Assembly: GCF_006345805.1 (NCBI RefSeq)
Contig: NC_043013.1
Span: 23,870,001-23,934,000, forward strand
Source: Octopus sinensis
Lineage: Eukaryota
Length of the DNA: 64,000 bases
Reading direction: 5' to 3'
The position numbers and the translations under genes are program-made. The notes under the pieces are model-generated. The model was not told the DNA's origin, did not search any database, and saw only the letters and a list, made by a program, of their open reading frames with translations. Below are positions 1-12,031 of this stretch, one piece after another; the first letter of the stretch is position 1; each line of letters begins with the position of its first letter.

Positions 1-744
1 TGACCACGATTGGTTGGTGCTTTTTAACAAAAGAAATAAGCAAAGAAATATTTCTTTTGTTGATCTGGCCCCTTTATATCCTGAATCCTATAGGTATCAC
101 TTCTTCACCGCAATCCAAATAAATTCAACCAAGTGTTATCCAAAGTTATTTTATTTTTCAGAATTGCAACTTTATATCCAACCAGTTGTTATTAAAATAA
201 TGTTTTATATTTTTCCTATTGTAAAGATGCTTATACAAAGGATAAATAGAAAGTATTACTTTAGATTAATAGCAAAGTTAATATTGTAAGAGAAACTATC
301 TTTGTTTGATAAATTCTACAAACTGATTCTCTATAGCTGTATGAATTCCATAAAAAATTATGCCCTGCTGATCTGTTGTCTGTCTGCAAATGCAGATCTT
401 GGTATATTTCTTGCGCTTATTAAACATAGCTACACAGGTAACTCACTGAAAGATATGCATACAGCAATGGTAGACATTTGTAAAATTCTTGCACAAGAAA
501 GAAGTAAAATCTGTGCTTTGCCATTCAAAATTGTAATTGAATAAATAATTTTCATAATCTTCTCTGTTGACTTCTTTCCCTTTTAGGTGATGGTCGTTTA
601 CCATCAGAAAGAAATATTTAATAAGAGTTTAATTTTTCTGACTGTTAACCTCTGTTTTAGAACATATATGATTTTCAGTCACAATCCTGTGCCTTATTCC
701 TGGATCTCTGTGTGTGTGTGTGTGTATATATATATGTATATATA

Positions 745-966
745 TCATCATCATCATTGTTTAACATCTGCTTTCCATGCTGGCATGGATTGGACGGTTT
801 GACTGAGGTCTGGCAAGCAGGTGGACTGCACCAGGCTCCAATCTGATCTGGCAATGTTTCTACAGCTGGATGCCCTTCCTAACACCAACCACTTCGAGAG
901 TGTAGTGGCTGCTTTTTACATGCCACCAGCACAAGAGCCAGTCAGGGGACACTGGCATCGACCACG
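745..966 (-). mobile_element. 5'-truncated RTE LINE 3' tail (or RTE-tail SINE)
   Basis: Reverse complement of the motif gttaggaagggcatccagctgtagaaac...ccatgc.agcatggaaagc..(gat)n that follows the RTE ORF end at 40658-41129. Flanked by TG/TA microsatellites. Confidence 0.85.
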
Positions 967-1690
967 TGCGCGCGTGTGTGTGTGTGTATATATATATATA
1001 TATGGTTACATATTAATTCAGGACAAAAACTTTTATTTCTAAACAAAGTGTAGTAATGTCCTTTCCACTAGGACCTTGGTGCATGTGCACCAATGGTGAA
1101 ATGGCTGATAGTTTAGGAGGAGGACCTTATTCTTGTCCGTGAAAGTGATACTTTATTTTGTTTTTTAAATCAATTGGATTCCCTGTATATGCACTACTGG
1201 CCTTGTATTGGATATAGACATTACTGTAAAGTTTTACTCATTTGAATCCAGTCTGCCACAATGTACACATTCAAGAATAAGTCACTTGATGATGCTGTAT
1301 GTAGTAGAAGCAACTTCACCGAGACAATCTTATTGACTCTTTTCTCTTCAATACATTTCATATTGTGATATCTGTCTGAGATTAACTCTTGATACACATG
1401 CAAAATATGACTCAATAGCTTGCTAAGAAGTATGAATCCACTGGACAAAAATATTTAGATTCATGAAAAGTATGTTAGGACAATTGATTGAATATTCCAC
1501 TTCTGAGTTAGTAGACATTATGTCCATTTTCAAGGTTAGATTTAAACCTGGCACTAAAATCTGTCCCTGAGCTGCCAGTTGATTTAATCATCTAGGAGTG
1601 GTGTCTGAGATCTATTCTATTTAAGGTGGCAGAGTAGTTAGGGCATTGGACAGAATGCTCGGCAATCTTTGTTTTGATACTGTGCTTTAA

Positions 1691-1910
1691 CCCTTTAGTG
1701 TTTAAACCGGCCATACCAGGCCAAAATTGTCTTCATGTTTTATGCTCAAACCAGCCAGCTCTGACCTCTCACACCTACCCTACAAAGTCATTCTAAAAAT
1801 AAACAGGGACATCATCAAAATCTCAGAGTTACAAGATGCTGTACAATTAATTTAAAACAATGTAATTAAACAAGCTTTACATTTGACAGAATAATCTGAA
1901 TGCTAAAGGG
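1691..1910. mobile_element. piggyBac-type non-autonomous MITE (about 220 bp)
   Basis: TTAA at 1687-1690 and 1911-1914; termini CCCTTTAG...CTAAAGGG. Same family as 31914-32132 (opposite orientation) and 6036-6232. Appears to interrupt a degenerate SINE. Confidence 0.9.
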
Positions 1911-3030
1911 TTAAGTCCTTATCTTGCTGGGTCAACATTGCTCTTTTTGGGTCACTAAAAATGTACCAATCCACAGTGTATTGGCGGAATTGTTAGAAAG
2001 TCAGAGAAGATGGATCTGCAGCATTTATTCCAGCTGTTCATGGCCTTCTTGGGTGGTAGAGTTAACCATCGCTCAGTTTAACACCCCCATCTGGCACCAT
2101 GGGTGTCTTTGACAGAGTCCATTCTGTTACAAGCATTTGAACTAGGCTTCTGGTTTCAGGACATCTTTCTCTCTCCTTCCCTCTCACCAGTCTTGGAAAT
2201 CCTTTAGTTGGTTGAGGACACTGCCTAACCTTCTGGCATAAAAGATAAAAAAACAAGAAGAAAAAAAGGTTTTCACAGGTTAATAAAAAAAAAAAAAAGA
2301 TTCAATTTCTGTTTGAAACTTGTAATAATTTAGATGAACACAATGTATAATGTTTTCTGTGCTGGAAGTAGAATTGATAGCATTCTCTTTTCTTCTCACA
2401 CTAATATCCATTTTTTAAAAATTTAAATTTATTCAATTAAACTATTACTAGTCACCTCAAATATTCATATTTAACTTCAAACATTTTATGGCCTGATTTT
2501 AAAAGAACACTAAATACATTTTAAAATTTTGTTCTTTATTCTTTTTTTTTATGCATTGAGGTTTTTTTGTTTTCTCCTGTGCTTACTCAGTTTCTCACAC
2601 TTAAGATCGGTAACTAATAGCCTTGCCGATTTTTCTATGCTCTGGGTTGATGTGATGGATGTTGAGTTTTGCAAATTTGTAGTTAGATCAGTTCTGATTG
2701 GTTAATGATGTTCCATCTGCAACCAGCCTGTCTTTTCTCCAGACTTAGTGCACCTGAAACTATGTTACCTTATGTCTACTGCAGTTCAGCCAAGTAGGCC
2801 GAATAGCTGTATAGAGGACCCCTCATTAGTTCATGTTCAGTAAGTTAAGTATTGGTGATAAAACGTAGACAAGGAAAGAGCTCCAGAATGCAGTTCCGAG
2901 GAACTAGGGAGTGAGACAGATGTTAGGAAGAGAAGAAGCAGATACAAGTCAGCTTTGATGGGGGAGAATAGGGTTGTGACAAGTTTAGATGAACAAAAGC
3001 CATTGTATTAGTGACAGAAAAGACAAACAA

Positions 3031-3400
3031 CAGTGGACTACATTGTCCTAAAAACAACTGGGGCCCATGTGGCCTCTGAGGGTCCCTATAAGATCTTTGG
3101 GGCATCCATGCAACAAAATAGTAACTTGGGGATCCACAATAGTATTTTAAGAGCCACTGAAAAAAAGTTTTGTTTTAGATGCATATATTATAAAAAAAGA
3201 AAAGAAAAACGAAATGAAAAAGCAAGGTTTTTTTTCTCTAACATAGTTCAACCTCCACAAGTTAATGTGTGAAGAACAAAATGGGAATTCGAAAGAAGCT
3301 TCTATAAAGCTAGTTTTTAAACATCAAGGGGCTATAAGGGTTCACCAGAATAAAATAGCAATCAAAGGGGTTCATTGGTAAAAAATGGTTGAGAACACCT
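3031..3400. mobile_element. Degenerate hAT MITE of the same family as 32139-32365
   Basis: Right end aaaaatggttgagaacac and the subterminal ggggctataagggttcac block align by eye with 32292-32365. The left TIR is decayed, so the left boundary is approximate. Confidence 0.55.
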
Positions 3401-3582
3401 ACGCTAGAGTGTTTACAGTATCAGTAGCTGTTCTGAGTTGAAAGATTTTCAGGATCTGAGAAGAAAAACTAGCTTTTGAGGTGTTGGCTGTTGTGGCTGG
3501 TATGAAACAGTATTAAATATAGTAGAGGCTAGTATTTAGAGAGACAGAGAAAATTTTAGATGTGTTAATGAAGTTGTGTTAT

Positions 3583-3730
3583 CATCATTATCATCATCAT
3601 TTAACATCTGCTTTCCTTGCTAGCATGGGTTGGAAGGTTTGACAGGAGCTAGCTAGGCAGAAGACTTTACCAGGCTTCAGTGTCTGTTCTGGCTTGGTTT
3701 TTTTTCACGGCTGGATGCCCTTCCTAACAA
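3583..3730 (-). mobile_element. RTE 3' tail fragment
   Basis: (cat)n-tttaacatctgctttccttgctagcatgggttgg...gctggatgcccttcctaac, the same family as 745-966. Confidence 0.8.
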
Positions 3731-3759
3731 CAAGTTGTATGTTTTTAAATGTGTGTAAG

Positions 3760-4900
3760 ATGAAAGAATTTAGGTAGTAATGATTTTGTTGCAGTATGAT
3801 TTATAGGTCTCTGTTTAAAGAGGGCACAACATTCGTTTATGTATGTTTGACAGAGAATCTTGGGGTTGCTTGTAGGTGAAGTTTGTAATCTAAAAGTTAA
3901 GAGGAAATGAAGAGTGATATTATCTGTATAGGAATGTTTGTGGTTAGATTTGTCAACTAAGTTGTTAATGCAGAGAAATATGTGTAGGAAGTATAGCCAT
4001 ACTTTACACTATACTTGACTGTAGAGAAGCACTGTTGATTCATACTATAAGAGGAGAGTGACAAAAAGCTTTCTGTTGAGCAAATGAAGGATGGGTTAAG
4101 CCACCAAGTGAGAAACTTTGCTAAAAGTTTTTCATATCAGATGCAGTTATAGAATTTGTCACAATTTTGCTTTCATCAAAATTTTCAAGAGTATTTGAAC
4201 TTTGGTTCTTTGTACCTAACAAAGCTGGTTTTTAGTGGATCTTTCTCTTGAAACTGTGAAATGACTTAGGAAAATTTGGCTATTTGCATGTGAATTGTTG
4301 AAGCAGATGCTATTTAGTTGGATGCCCTTGGTACAGTGGCTGTGGTAAGAAATGTACTTAGAGGTCTGCCTTTAATATTCCATCTCTAATGTCTACACCA
4401 ATACTAGATCCATTGAAAGAGTTAGTGGTGACTTAACTTACTGTAGTTAGTAATCATGTCTCTGTCCAATGTTGTTGATCTGCATCAATTAGTCCTGTAC
4501 ACAACTAAAAAAAAGCGATATACAAATATATCTAGAGCACTTTCAGTTATCACATTTAGCCAACAAATAAACAATAACAGTACAAGCATCCTAGGTTATA
4601 CTAGCCCTTTCTTTGTATCTAATCTCTCTTCAATAAACCATAAAGAAAACAAAGTTTGTGTCATAAGGAGTTGACTACATCTATAGACTTTTGCACAACA
4701 AAAACAAAAACACTGAAAAATGAAAGACTATCTGAACATCATGCTAGGAACACAATTTGTCTCTGCAGAAAATTCTTACACTCTAAAGAAATCCACCAGT
4801 TAAAAGCAAGCTCTGTCTCTTCCAGCCACATCACTGTGAGCATTGTCATAGTTTCTTAGCCAGCCAGTCTATTTGAAACTTTTCTCTGAGCAAACGGTGT
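3760..4900 (-). pseudogene. Heavily degenerate retroelement remnant, possibly Penelope-like
   Basis: Minus-strand fragments such as VDIRDGILKADL and SHCTKG resemble the Penelope RT/thumb region. Many stops and frameshifts; boundaries approximate. Confidence 0.35.
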
Positions 4901-6035
4901 ACTCTAAACAAACCCACCCATCAAATGTGTGCTTTCCTCCTTCCTGCCTCTACACTCAAACAGTGTGATGGAGAGTTGTGGACCATAGTGAAGGTGACTG
5001 ATGTAGGAGTGAAGAAACTCTGAATAAAATAAATTCTGGATGAAGGAGACCTGGACTTTGCAAGCTGTAGTGAAGGTAAACTGCCAAGGAAAGTAGGAAC
5101 TGAGTGAAAATTGATAGAATGAAGAGGGGATATTTCAGTCTACTTCAGATTTTGTGAGAGACAACTTTTCTAGTGCTTGTGGTTCAATGAAATGCACCCA
5201 GTCCATGTTGTAAAATGGATGGTGATAGAAAGGGTGCCAATGCCCAAATTATGTTAGTCATAGATAAAGTGAAAATTGCTAATTATGTACACAGAGCTAA
5301 CACTTCCATGCTAACGCTGCATACTGTGGAGTACTCAATGTCTTGGTGACAGTAGTTTGTGTTTACAGCTTACGTGTTTGAATTGCTGGGAAATAAATCA
5401 CCATGTTGATGAGCATTAGACTGCTCCTTCAATTTCCAGTGGAACAAGTATAAAGATTTAAAGAACTTAACAACACTATTCTTAGAAAACCTCTAAGAAC
5501 ATATATCAACAGAAAACCAGGAACAAATGCTTAGATAAATGCGACGACTGAAAACTAAATTCAGGAACAAACTCTTTTTGACTAAGAGCCAGTTTATTCA
5601 CTCTGAGTTAAAAATAGGAAAATGTCTTGAGAGATCGTAAAGTATTTTCTAATTGTCTTCATGAAGATCTGTAAAAATTAAGAGCAATACTTCAATTTGT
5701 AATTAACCTCAAAAACTTCTCTTAAATTCTTTACTTGAGTATCTAGTTGTCAGAATTTTTTCCTGTTAATTCTGCTGTGTAATTTAATGCAAGCAATTAG
5801 TAAGTAGTTAGTAAATTATTCTAATTTGTATGGTCTGAAGGTAATAATTGGTCTAGACAACTGGTTTAACTTACAAATTATTCTAGTATCTATAGTTTTG
5901 TTGAAAGTCACTTGTCTTTGCCTTCACTTTAATTTTATAGTCTTCTGACATTTTAGATTTATTACACTTTCATACATCTATTATTTCCTTTAATTCTTCT
6001 AATTTTATAGATTGATTTTAAATATGTAAATTTAA

Positions 6036-6232
6036 CCCCTTAGCATTCAAATTATTCTGTCAAATGTAATGTTTATTTATTTACATTGTCTTGAATTAAT
6101 TATGAATTGCCTGGTAGCTTTGAGATTTCTATGATGTGATTGTATAGTTTTAGAATGATATTGTTAGCTAGGTGCAAGAGGTCAGATCTGACCGGTTTGT
6201 ACAACGTAAAACAGGTACAGTATTTAGATCAG
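6036..6232. mobile_element. Truncated piggyBac-type MITE
   Basis: TTAA-CCCCTTAGCATTC start; the body aligns with 31914-32132; the right TIR is missing. Confidence 0.8.
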
Positions 6233-6620
6233 GTTTTGAAAAAATGAACAAAACTTGTGAAATTAAACAAATATTGTAGATTTCTTTGAAAAATAAAGTC
6301 TGTCTGCTATTGCCTAAAAATTAAATCTAATTTTGATCAAATTCTATAGTTTGACAGTAGCATTAGTAGCTGTATTAATGGTGTATAATATTTTAATTCA
6401 AGATATTGTAACTATAATTGTAATTTGGGTCTTGAGTGCTAGACAATAAAAATATAGATCCCAACGAGGAAGAGAGAATTTTACTTGGATAACAATTATA
6501 ATAACCAGTGGAACAAACTGTCAGTCAAAAAACCCAAATGAGAAGACACACATTGAAGAGAGACTGATGTGCAGGGACCTGTCTTATCTCTAACAGATAC
6601 TGTTGGTCACTGTTAATACA

Positions 6621-6999
6621 TATACTCTTTTACTTGTTTCAGTCATTTGACTGTGGCCATGCTGGAGCACTGCCTTTAATCGAGCAACTCGACCCCAGGA
6701 CTTATTCTTTGTAAGCCCAGTACTTATTCTATCGGTCTCTTTTTGCCGAACCACTAAGTGACGGGGACATAAACACACCAGCATCGGTTGTCAAGCAATG
6801 CTAGGGGGACAAACACAAACATACACACACATACATATACAGGCTTCTTTCAGTTTCCGTCTACCAAATCCACTCACAAGGCATTGGTCGGCCCGAGGCT
6901 ATAGCAGAAGACACTTGCCCAAGATGCCACGCAGTGGGACTGAACCCGGAACCATGTGGTTGGTAAGCAAGCTACTTACCACACAGCCACTCCTGCGCC

Positions 7000-7000
<1 letters not shown>
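6621..7000 (-). mobile_element. Near full-length tRNA-derived SINE
   Basis: The minus strand begins AGGCGCAGGAGTGGCTGTGTGGTAAG (A box) and has GGTTCAGTCCC (B box), then cttgggcaagtgtc, an internal (TG)n and a 3' aaatgactgaaacaagtaaaagag. Homologous to 38198-38566 and 15550-15710. Confidence 0.9.
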
Positions 7001-7031
<31 letters not shown>

Positions 7032-8567
7032 TAACTGATCAAAAATTATTCTATTGTTTGTTTTTATATCAATTGTGTGAATGTCCCAGATTTCTTGGAC
7101 ATAAAGAAATTGATAAAGAGACTGTTTTAGTTAAAATTTGGATAAGACTTCAGTATAAAAAGAAATAGTGTTTGTTTAAACTTCTTCATAATTTACCTAA
7201 GTCAAAATGCTATTATTAAGTCCATCTATAATATAAGGTACACCATCTTGGAGACAGATTTTGTTTACTGTTTGTAGACATTTCAAAGTTTAGTCATATC
7301 AGTTGCAAAAGATCTTGTAATAAGCTTAGTTTTGATTCCCTAACAATCTTGTTGCTGGAGTTGATAAAACAAAGCATCTGTGAAGTACAGAGAGCAATGG
7401 TATCGGCTAACCTCTTTAATTTCAATGAACCTTGTACATGTGATACAAACAATTATGTAATATGTTATTATTAGGGAACTGAGAGGCAGAGGTAAGGATC
7501 AGGAATTCTAAACATTCTTCACCACCAGTGGAGTTTCAAATTGTTCATAGTTCAGTGGTGATGTAGGTGCAAAAGTGTTTTATTTGTTGTTGAATGAGGC
7601 CAGTTGCCCAGGACCTGTTTTCATTCACCATAATAATGTACATTGTTTGCATTGGCACGTACATACTTAGTTTCATACATTCATTTATTATAGAATGCAG
7701 CAATATTGTCTGTTTTGTAGTCTGTGTAACTGTTGTTGTGCTGTATTTTGATTTTAGGATATAAATGTGTTTTTGAGAATTGGGTGGGGGTGGTTGTTTT
7801 GCCAGTGTTACTTTATGCTTTAGTTGTCCATTTAAATACTGATTAGTTTGAAAACTAGTGCACACATATACATTTTACTGATTAGAAATTACCAAGAAAT
7901 ATATATTTTTTGCACAGATACATTTTATAATTATATTTTTCTAAAATATTAGGATGATTTAATTTCTTGTTTTTCTCAATGACTTTTCAATTTCACCTTC
8001 ACTTCAAATGTTTAGATAACACTATTTTCGTGTGAGTGCCAATCCTTAAATTAACATTACTAAATTCTGAAGGATGTTCTTATGATACAGAAGCCCCTTT
8101 ATGCTACAAATCTGATAAATTGGTGAAATTAAATCCATAATTGCTGGAGCTTGCATTTCTTATTTTAGATTATCAAATTGGTTGAAACTGATTTTGTCTA
8201 ATTTTTTTCATGCTGTTATAAGGGTCCCCAATTTTTTGTTGATTCTTTTCTATTTGTCACTATAATTCATTATCATCATCATTCTAATTATTGTTCTTCC
8301 AGTCATCATTTTTTATCAAAGCTAATACTATTTAAAATATTAGGTTAACCACCCCCTCCCAACTTCCTTATGTATGTTATTCCTTACTTTTCTTGGCTTG
8401 TTTCATATTAGCATGGCTTGGTTGCTTCTTACTAAGTTCCTCTGCCTTGGCTCTATGTTCTTCCATGTCACTAATTATTCAAATATTGATGTGGTAGTAT
8501 TATTTATTTTTAGCTTAGACCATAGGTGGTTATATCCTTAGGTTCATTTGTCCAGAATTTGATATTT

Positions 8568-8588
8568 TACTACTACTACTATTACTAC

Positions 8589-8625
<37 letters not shown>

Positions 8626-8626
8626 T
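8568..8626. repeat. (TAC)n/(TAT)n microsatellite
   Basis: Direct trinucleotide run. Confidence 0.95.
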
Positions 8627-9268
8627 TAAATCCAAACCAAACTTTTGGTTAATTTTACATCAAATTCCATAATCTCTAATTAACTTATTTTAGCTACTGC
8701 ATGCCTTCTGAATACATTGTTTATATTTTGCCATTGAACTACAAAACATTTTAGAATATTTTTGTTAGGAATAGCTCTCTCTCTTTCTTATCCAATCATT
8801 TGGTCATACAGATTTCTACAGTTCACAAATTCTTTATTCTTTGCATAGTCTTTGTAAATGTTTGCTTACAAATGTTTCTGTTTCTTCTTTTTAGTCATAA
8901 TTTAATTATTACACCAATCAAAGTTTTTCATTTTTTTGTTGTGTGATCATACCAAGAGCTCTTTTTGAAATATTTTTACTACTCTGTTACAAAATTGATT
9001 CAAGATCCTTTTTTTTATTTAGAATATTTTATGCAATTCTTTCAAAGTTTAAGAATCACCTGACTTTGCATAGTTTTCTGGACATTATAGTCTTAAACTG
9101 AATCAAATTTATTGAAAGCAGTTAACAGATTGATTGTGCCAAAGTTCATGAGAGATTGAAAACAGTAGAAAGATTTGAGGAAGATTTAGCTAAATATTAG
9201 AATGTTCCAGAAGCTTAGTAAGTTTATAGTTTACACAGACTCAAATGTAGATATTGGTTACTAAGTTA

Positions 9269-9785
9269 TCTATATATATAAAACTGTAGTTGTGTGAGTG
9301 TCTGTCTCCTACGATTTAGATTCCTAACTCCTCCCACATTTTGCGGTGCAGTTTAACCAAATTCGGGTATCTTATAGTCGTGATTAATATCGAGCCCGTC
9401 TGACTATTAGCGCACGTCTACGATGAGTCTACGATTTTAAAAATAATTTAACATCATTTTTTATTCCATTTTAATGCATAATTTTTCGTGTGTCGATGGC
9501 GGCGGAGTTGGCGTCCACGCTCAAACACCTGCACCTGTGTTTGCTTCTCCCCCTTCTTCCCTCCCTCGTGAAGCTGTGGGGAAGGGAGTTTAAGGAAATC
9601 AACGTCGTAATGTGTTGTCAAGGAGACCAGCGTTCTTTTAGAACAACGACTTCATGGCTTGAAGACACCAAAACAGAAATGGCTAAGAAAGCCCGAATTG
9701 GCATCTATAAAGGAAGTAACTCTCTAAAAATGCTTATATAGTTATTTCCCTTACAAACCCGAGCAACGCTGGGCGATACTGCTAG
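9269..9785 (+). mobile_element. Non-autonomous Helitron (517 bp)
   Basis: Inserted between A(9268) and T(9786) with no TSD. 5' TCTATATATATAAAA, subterminal hairpin CCCGAGC-AAC-GCTGGG (9758-9773), 3' CTAG. CpG-rich relative to the flanks. Confidence 0.92.
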
Positions 9786-10444
9786 TTTCTTATAAAATAA
9801 TGTGTAGTTCAGTAAGAATTTTTGGAGACAAAATTTTGAAAATAAATCATTGAAATTTTAGTTAGAAATAGGCTGGGTTTGTCTGAGATTTGTCTTTGTA
9901 GAAGATAGGTGATGTTACGAGGGAATAATTTACAAAATCAAGAAGTAAAGAATTAACAAGCCAGGAAGATGTGGAATTAACAAGGAATTAATAATATCAT
10001 ATTTACAGATACACATGTAGGTATTATATTTCCTAAAGTAGAAGGTACATAATTATCAAGTGTTTCAAACTGAGAGAATAAAACGCTGAAGGCAGTTTCT
10101 GAATTTCTTAGATAAAGAGTGCCTGTTAGACATTGCATCACAAAGTGAATCATTTCCTACCTTACAAATTAAATAGCTTTCATTTGAATAGGGTCTGAGA
10201 TGCCAGTCATATACTGAGAGCTGTATCTCTTTAGGATACACTTAGACATTGTAGAATGCAGAGAGAGGCTAGGAGTGAAATACTCTCTGACTCTGAAGAA
10301 GCCAAATCTTGCTGTAATTTTAAAAAGGTTAATAATTTATAGACTCTTACAAAGGATGTTGAAGTCAGTGCATGTGTGAAAATGATTCATTCAAATTGTA
10401 GATAATTCATCAGAAGTAGGGGTGTAACTAGGTTCTTCCCTGAA

Positions 10445-10619
10445 ATCATCATCATCTAACGTCCACTTTCCATGCTGGCATGTGTTGGACGATTTGACTG
10501 AGGTCTGGTGAGCCAGATGGCTACACCAGGCTCCAATCTGATCTGGCAGAGTTTCCACAGCTGGATGCCCTTTAACGCCAACCACCAGCACTGGCTACAA
10601 TCACACTCGGATGGTGCTC
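10445..10619 (-). mobile_element. RTE 3' tail fragment
   Basis: (cat)n-ctaacgtccactttccatgctggcatg...cagctggatgccc. Confidence 0.85.
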
Positions 10620-11175
10620 TGTATAGTAATAATAATAATAATGTGTCATGATATGCTAATGGTGTTTTATGAATATCTCATGGGAGAAAATGGTAGTAGA
10701 GATGTCTCCAAATGAAGAATAATATCGTTGACATAAGCTGGTACGAGGGTTAATTTGATGGATTGAGTTTCATTATGAAGAGTAGAGAACTGGAATGATA
10801 TTCGAATTGATTGAGTGAAGAAGCGAGTTAAATGCTATTAAATCTGTAGATAGTGTAAGTAAATGCTACAGATTCCTAGCCAGATGTTAATTTTATGAAT
10901 CATTTAACATTATGAAGTCTAATTACAAAGAAATAAAGCAGATGTTAAACTAGTGGTTAAAATATTTATAGGAAGCATATTTTCATTTGCTTTGTCTTAT
11001 TTTAATAACTTTTTAACAATGTTTTCTAAAATTATTTTAATTGTAATTTACAAGAGACATCTGCATTAAATGATGTTAAATGAAAGGAAAACAAAAAGAG
11101 CATTGCACTTTTTCATATGTTCCAAAAACAAAAGCTTTTGTAAGAATACAACCGTACGTAAGAAGGTTGGTGACA

Positions 11176-11234
11176 TAGTACGCCGCACGATCACATCTAG
11201 TACGATCACATCTAGTACGCCGCACGATCACATC
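11176..11234. repeat. Short tandem repeat inside the LTR (22-15-22 nt units)
   Basis: tagtacgccgcacgatcacatc / tagtacgatcacatc / tagtacgccgcacgatcacatc. Confidence 0.95.
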
Positions 11235-11915
11235 CTAACAAAATAATATAATAAGAGAAAGCCATAATACATGAATATATTATACAATGCCAAAAGAAAT
11301 GAATAAAGGACGCCAAGCCATTCTACTGTTTGAGAGAAGAGATAGATTTTGTTCACACTGTACAAAGTGAGTTGATTACTAGCGTAGTGTTGTGGTATGA
11401 ATGCATGTGTATAATATTTGTGTGTTTGTGTGTGCGACAGAAGGTACAGATAAAGGTGCATGCAAATACAACAGAAATACAGAGCATAAAAGAAGTCTCA
11501 GCATATTGAGTTAAGATAGAGTTATTTTACCAGTTCATGTGGTACACGATAATAAGTTCTATAACAAGATTTGGGTCTCAAAGCGGAGACTAGTTGAGTC
11601 ACTTGTTGTGCAGGTTTCTCTTGATATAGATGTTCTTTCAGATATATACTGCAACTGTTTTTCCATGGTGATAGTTTCACACAAACAGCGTGAGTTGAAT
11701 CTGTGTTGTGTACAAGTTGAAATCTTCGTAGACGGAGACGATGCTGGTAATGATGTTCTGTCTGTCATTGGTATACAATAGCGTCTTCATAGTATGGTTG
11801 GCTGGCTGTCGTCCGTCTTTCGAACTGGAACATGGTTGAGTAAGCTCTGTGTGGTCTCCGACCAGACCGTAGAAGGTCTTGAGCCGAAAGACGATGAATA
11901 GTGGAAATACTAACC

Positions 11916-12031
11916 TATTTAAGGAGTGAAAATGGCTCAATTGAAAGGTCCTATCCGAAAGCCGTGATTGGTCAGTTTACACACTGGCGCGAAATAAGTA
12001 GAGAGACAGACTGCGCTAAATGCTAACCAAT
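11916..12031 (-). promoter_or_regulatory. Putative LTR U3 promoter: two CCAAT boxes, an E2F-like site and a TATA-like box
   Basis: CCAAT at 12027-12031 (+), TTTCGCGC at 11987-11994 (-), CCAAT at 11967-11971 (-), TTAAATA at 11916-11922 (-). Motif matches only; activity untested. Confidence 0.5.

Noticed and set aside
14-544. ORFs 14-289 and 302-544
   Set aside because: No recognisable domain, non-ATG starts and AT-rich composition; probably chance or unrecognisable TE debris.
6920-7000. tRNA-like A and B boxes
   Set aside because: This is the head of a multi-copy SINE; no complete cloverleaf is evident, so it is not called a tRNA gene.
11176-11234. Repeat array superficially like a CRISPR or iteron array
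   Set aside because: The units are head-to-tail with no unique spacers, the context is eukaryotic, there are no cas genes, and it lies within a solo LTR.
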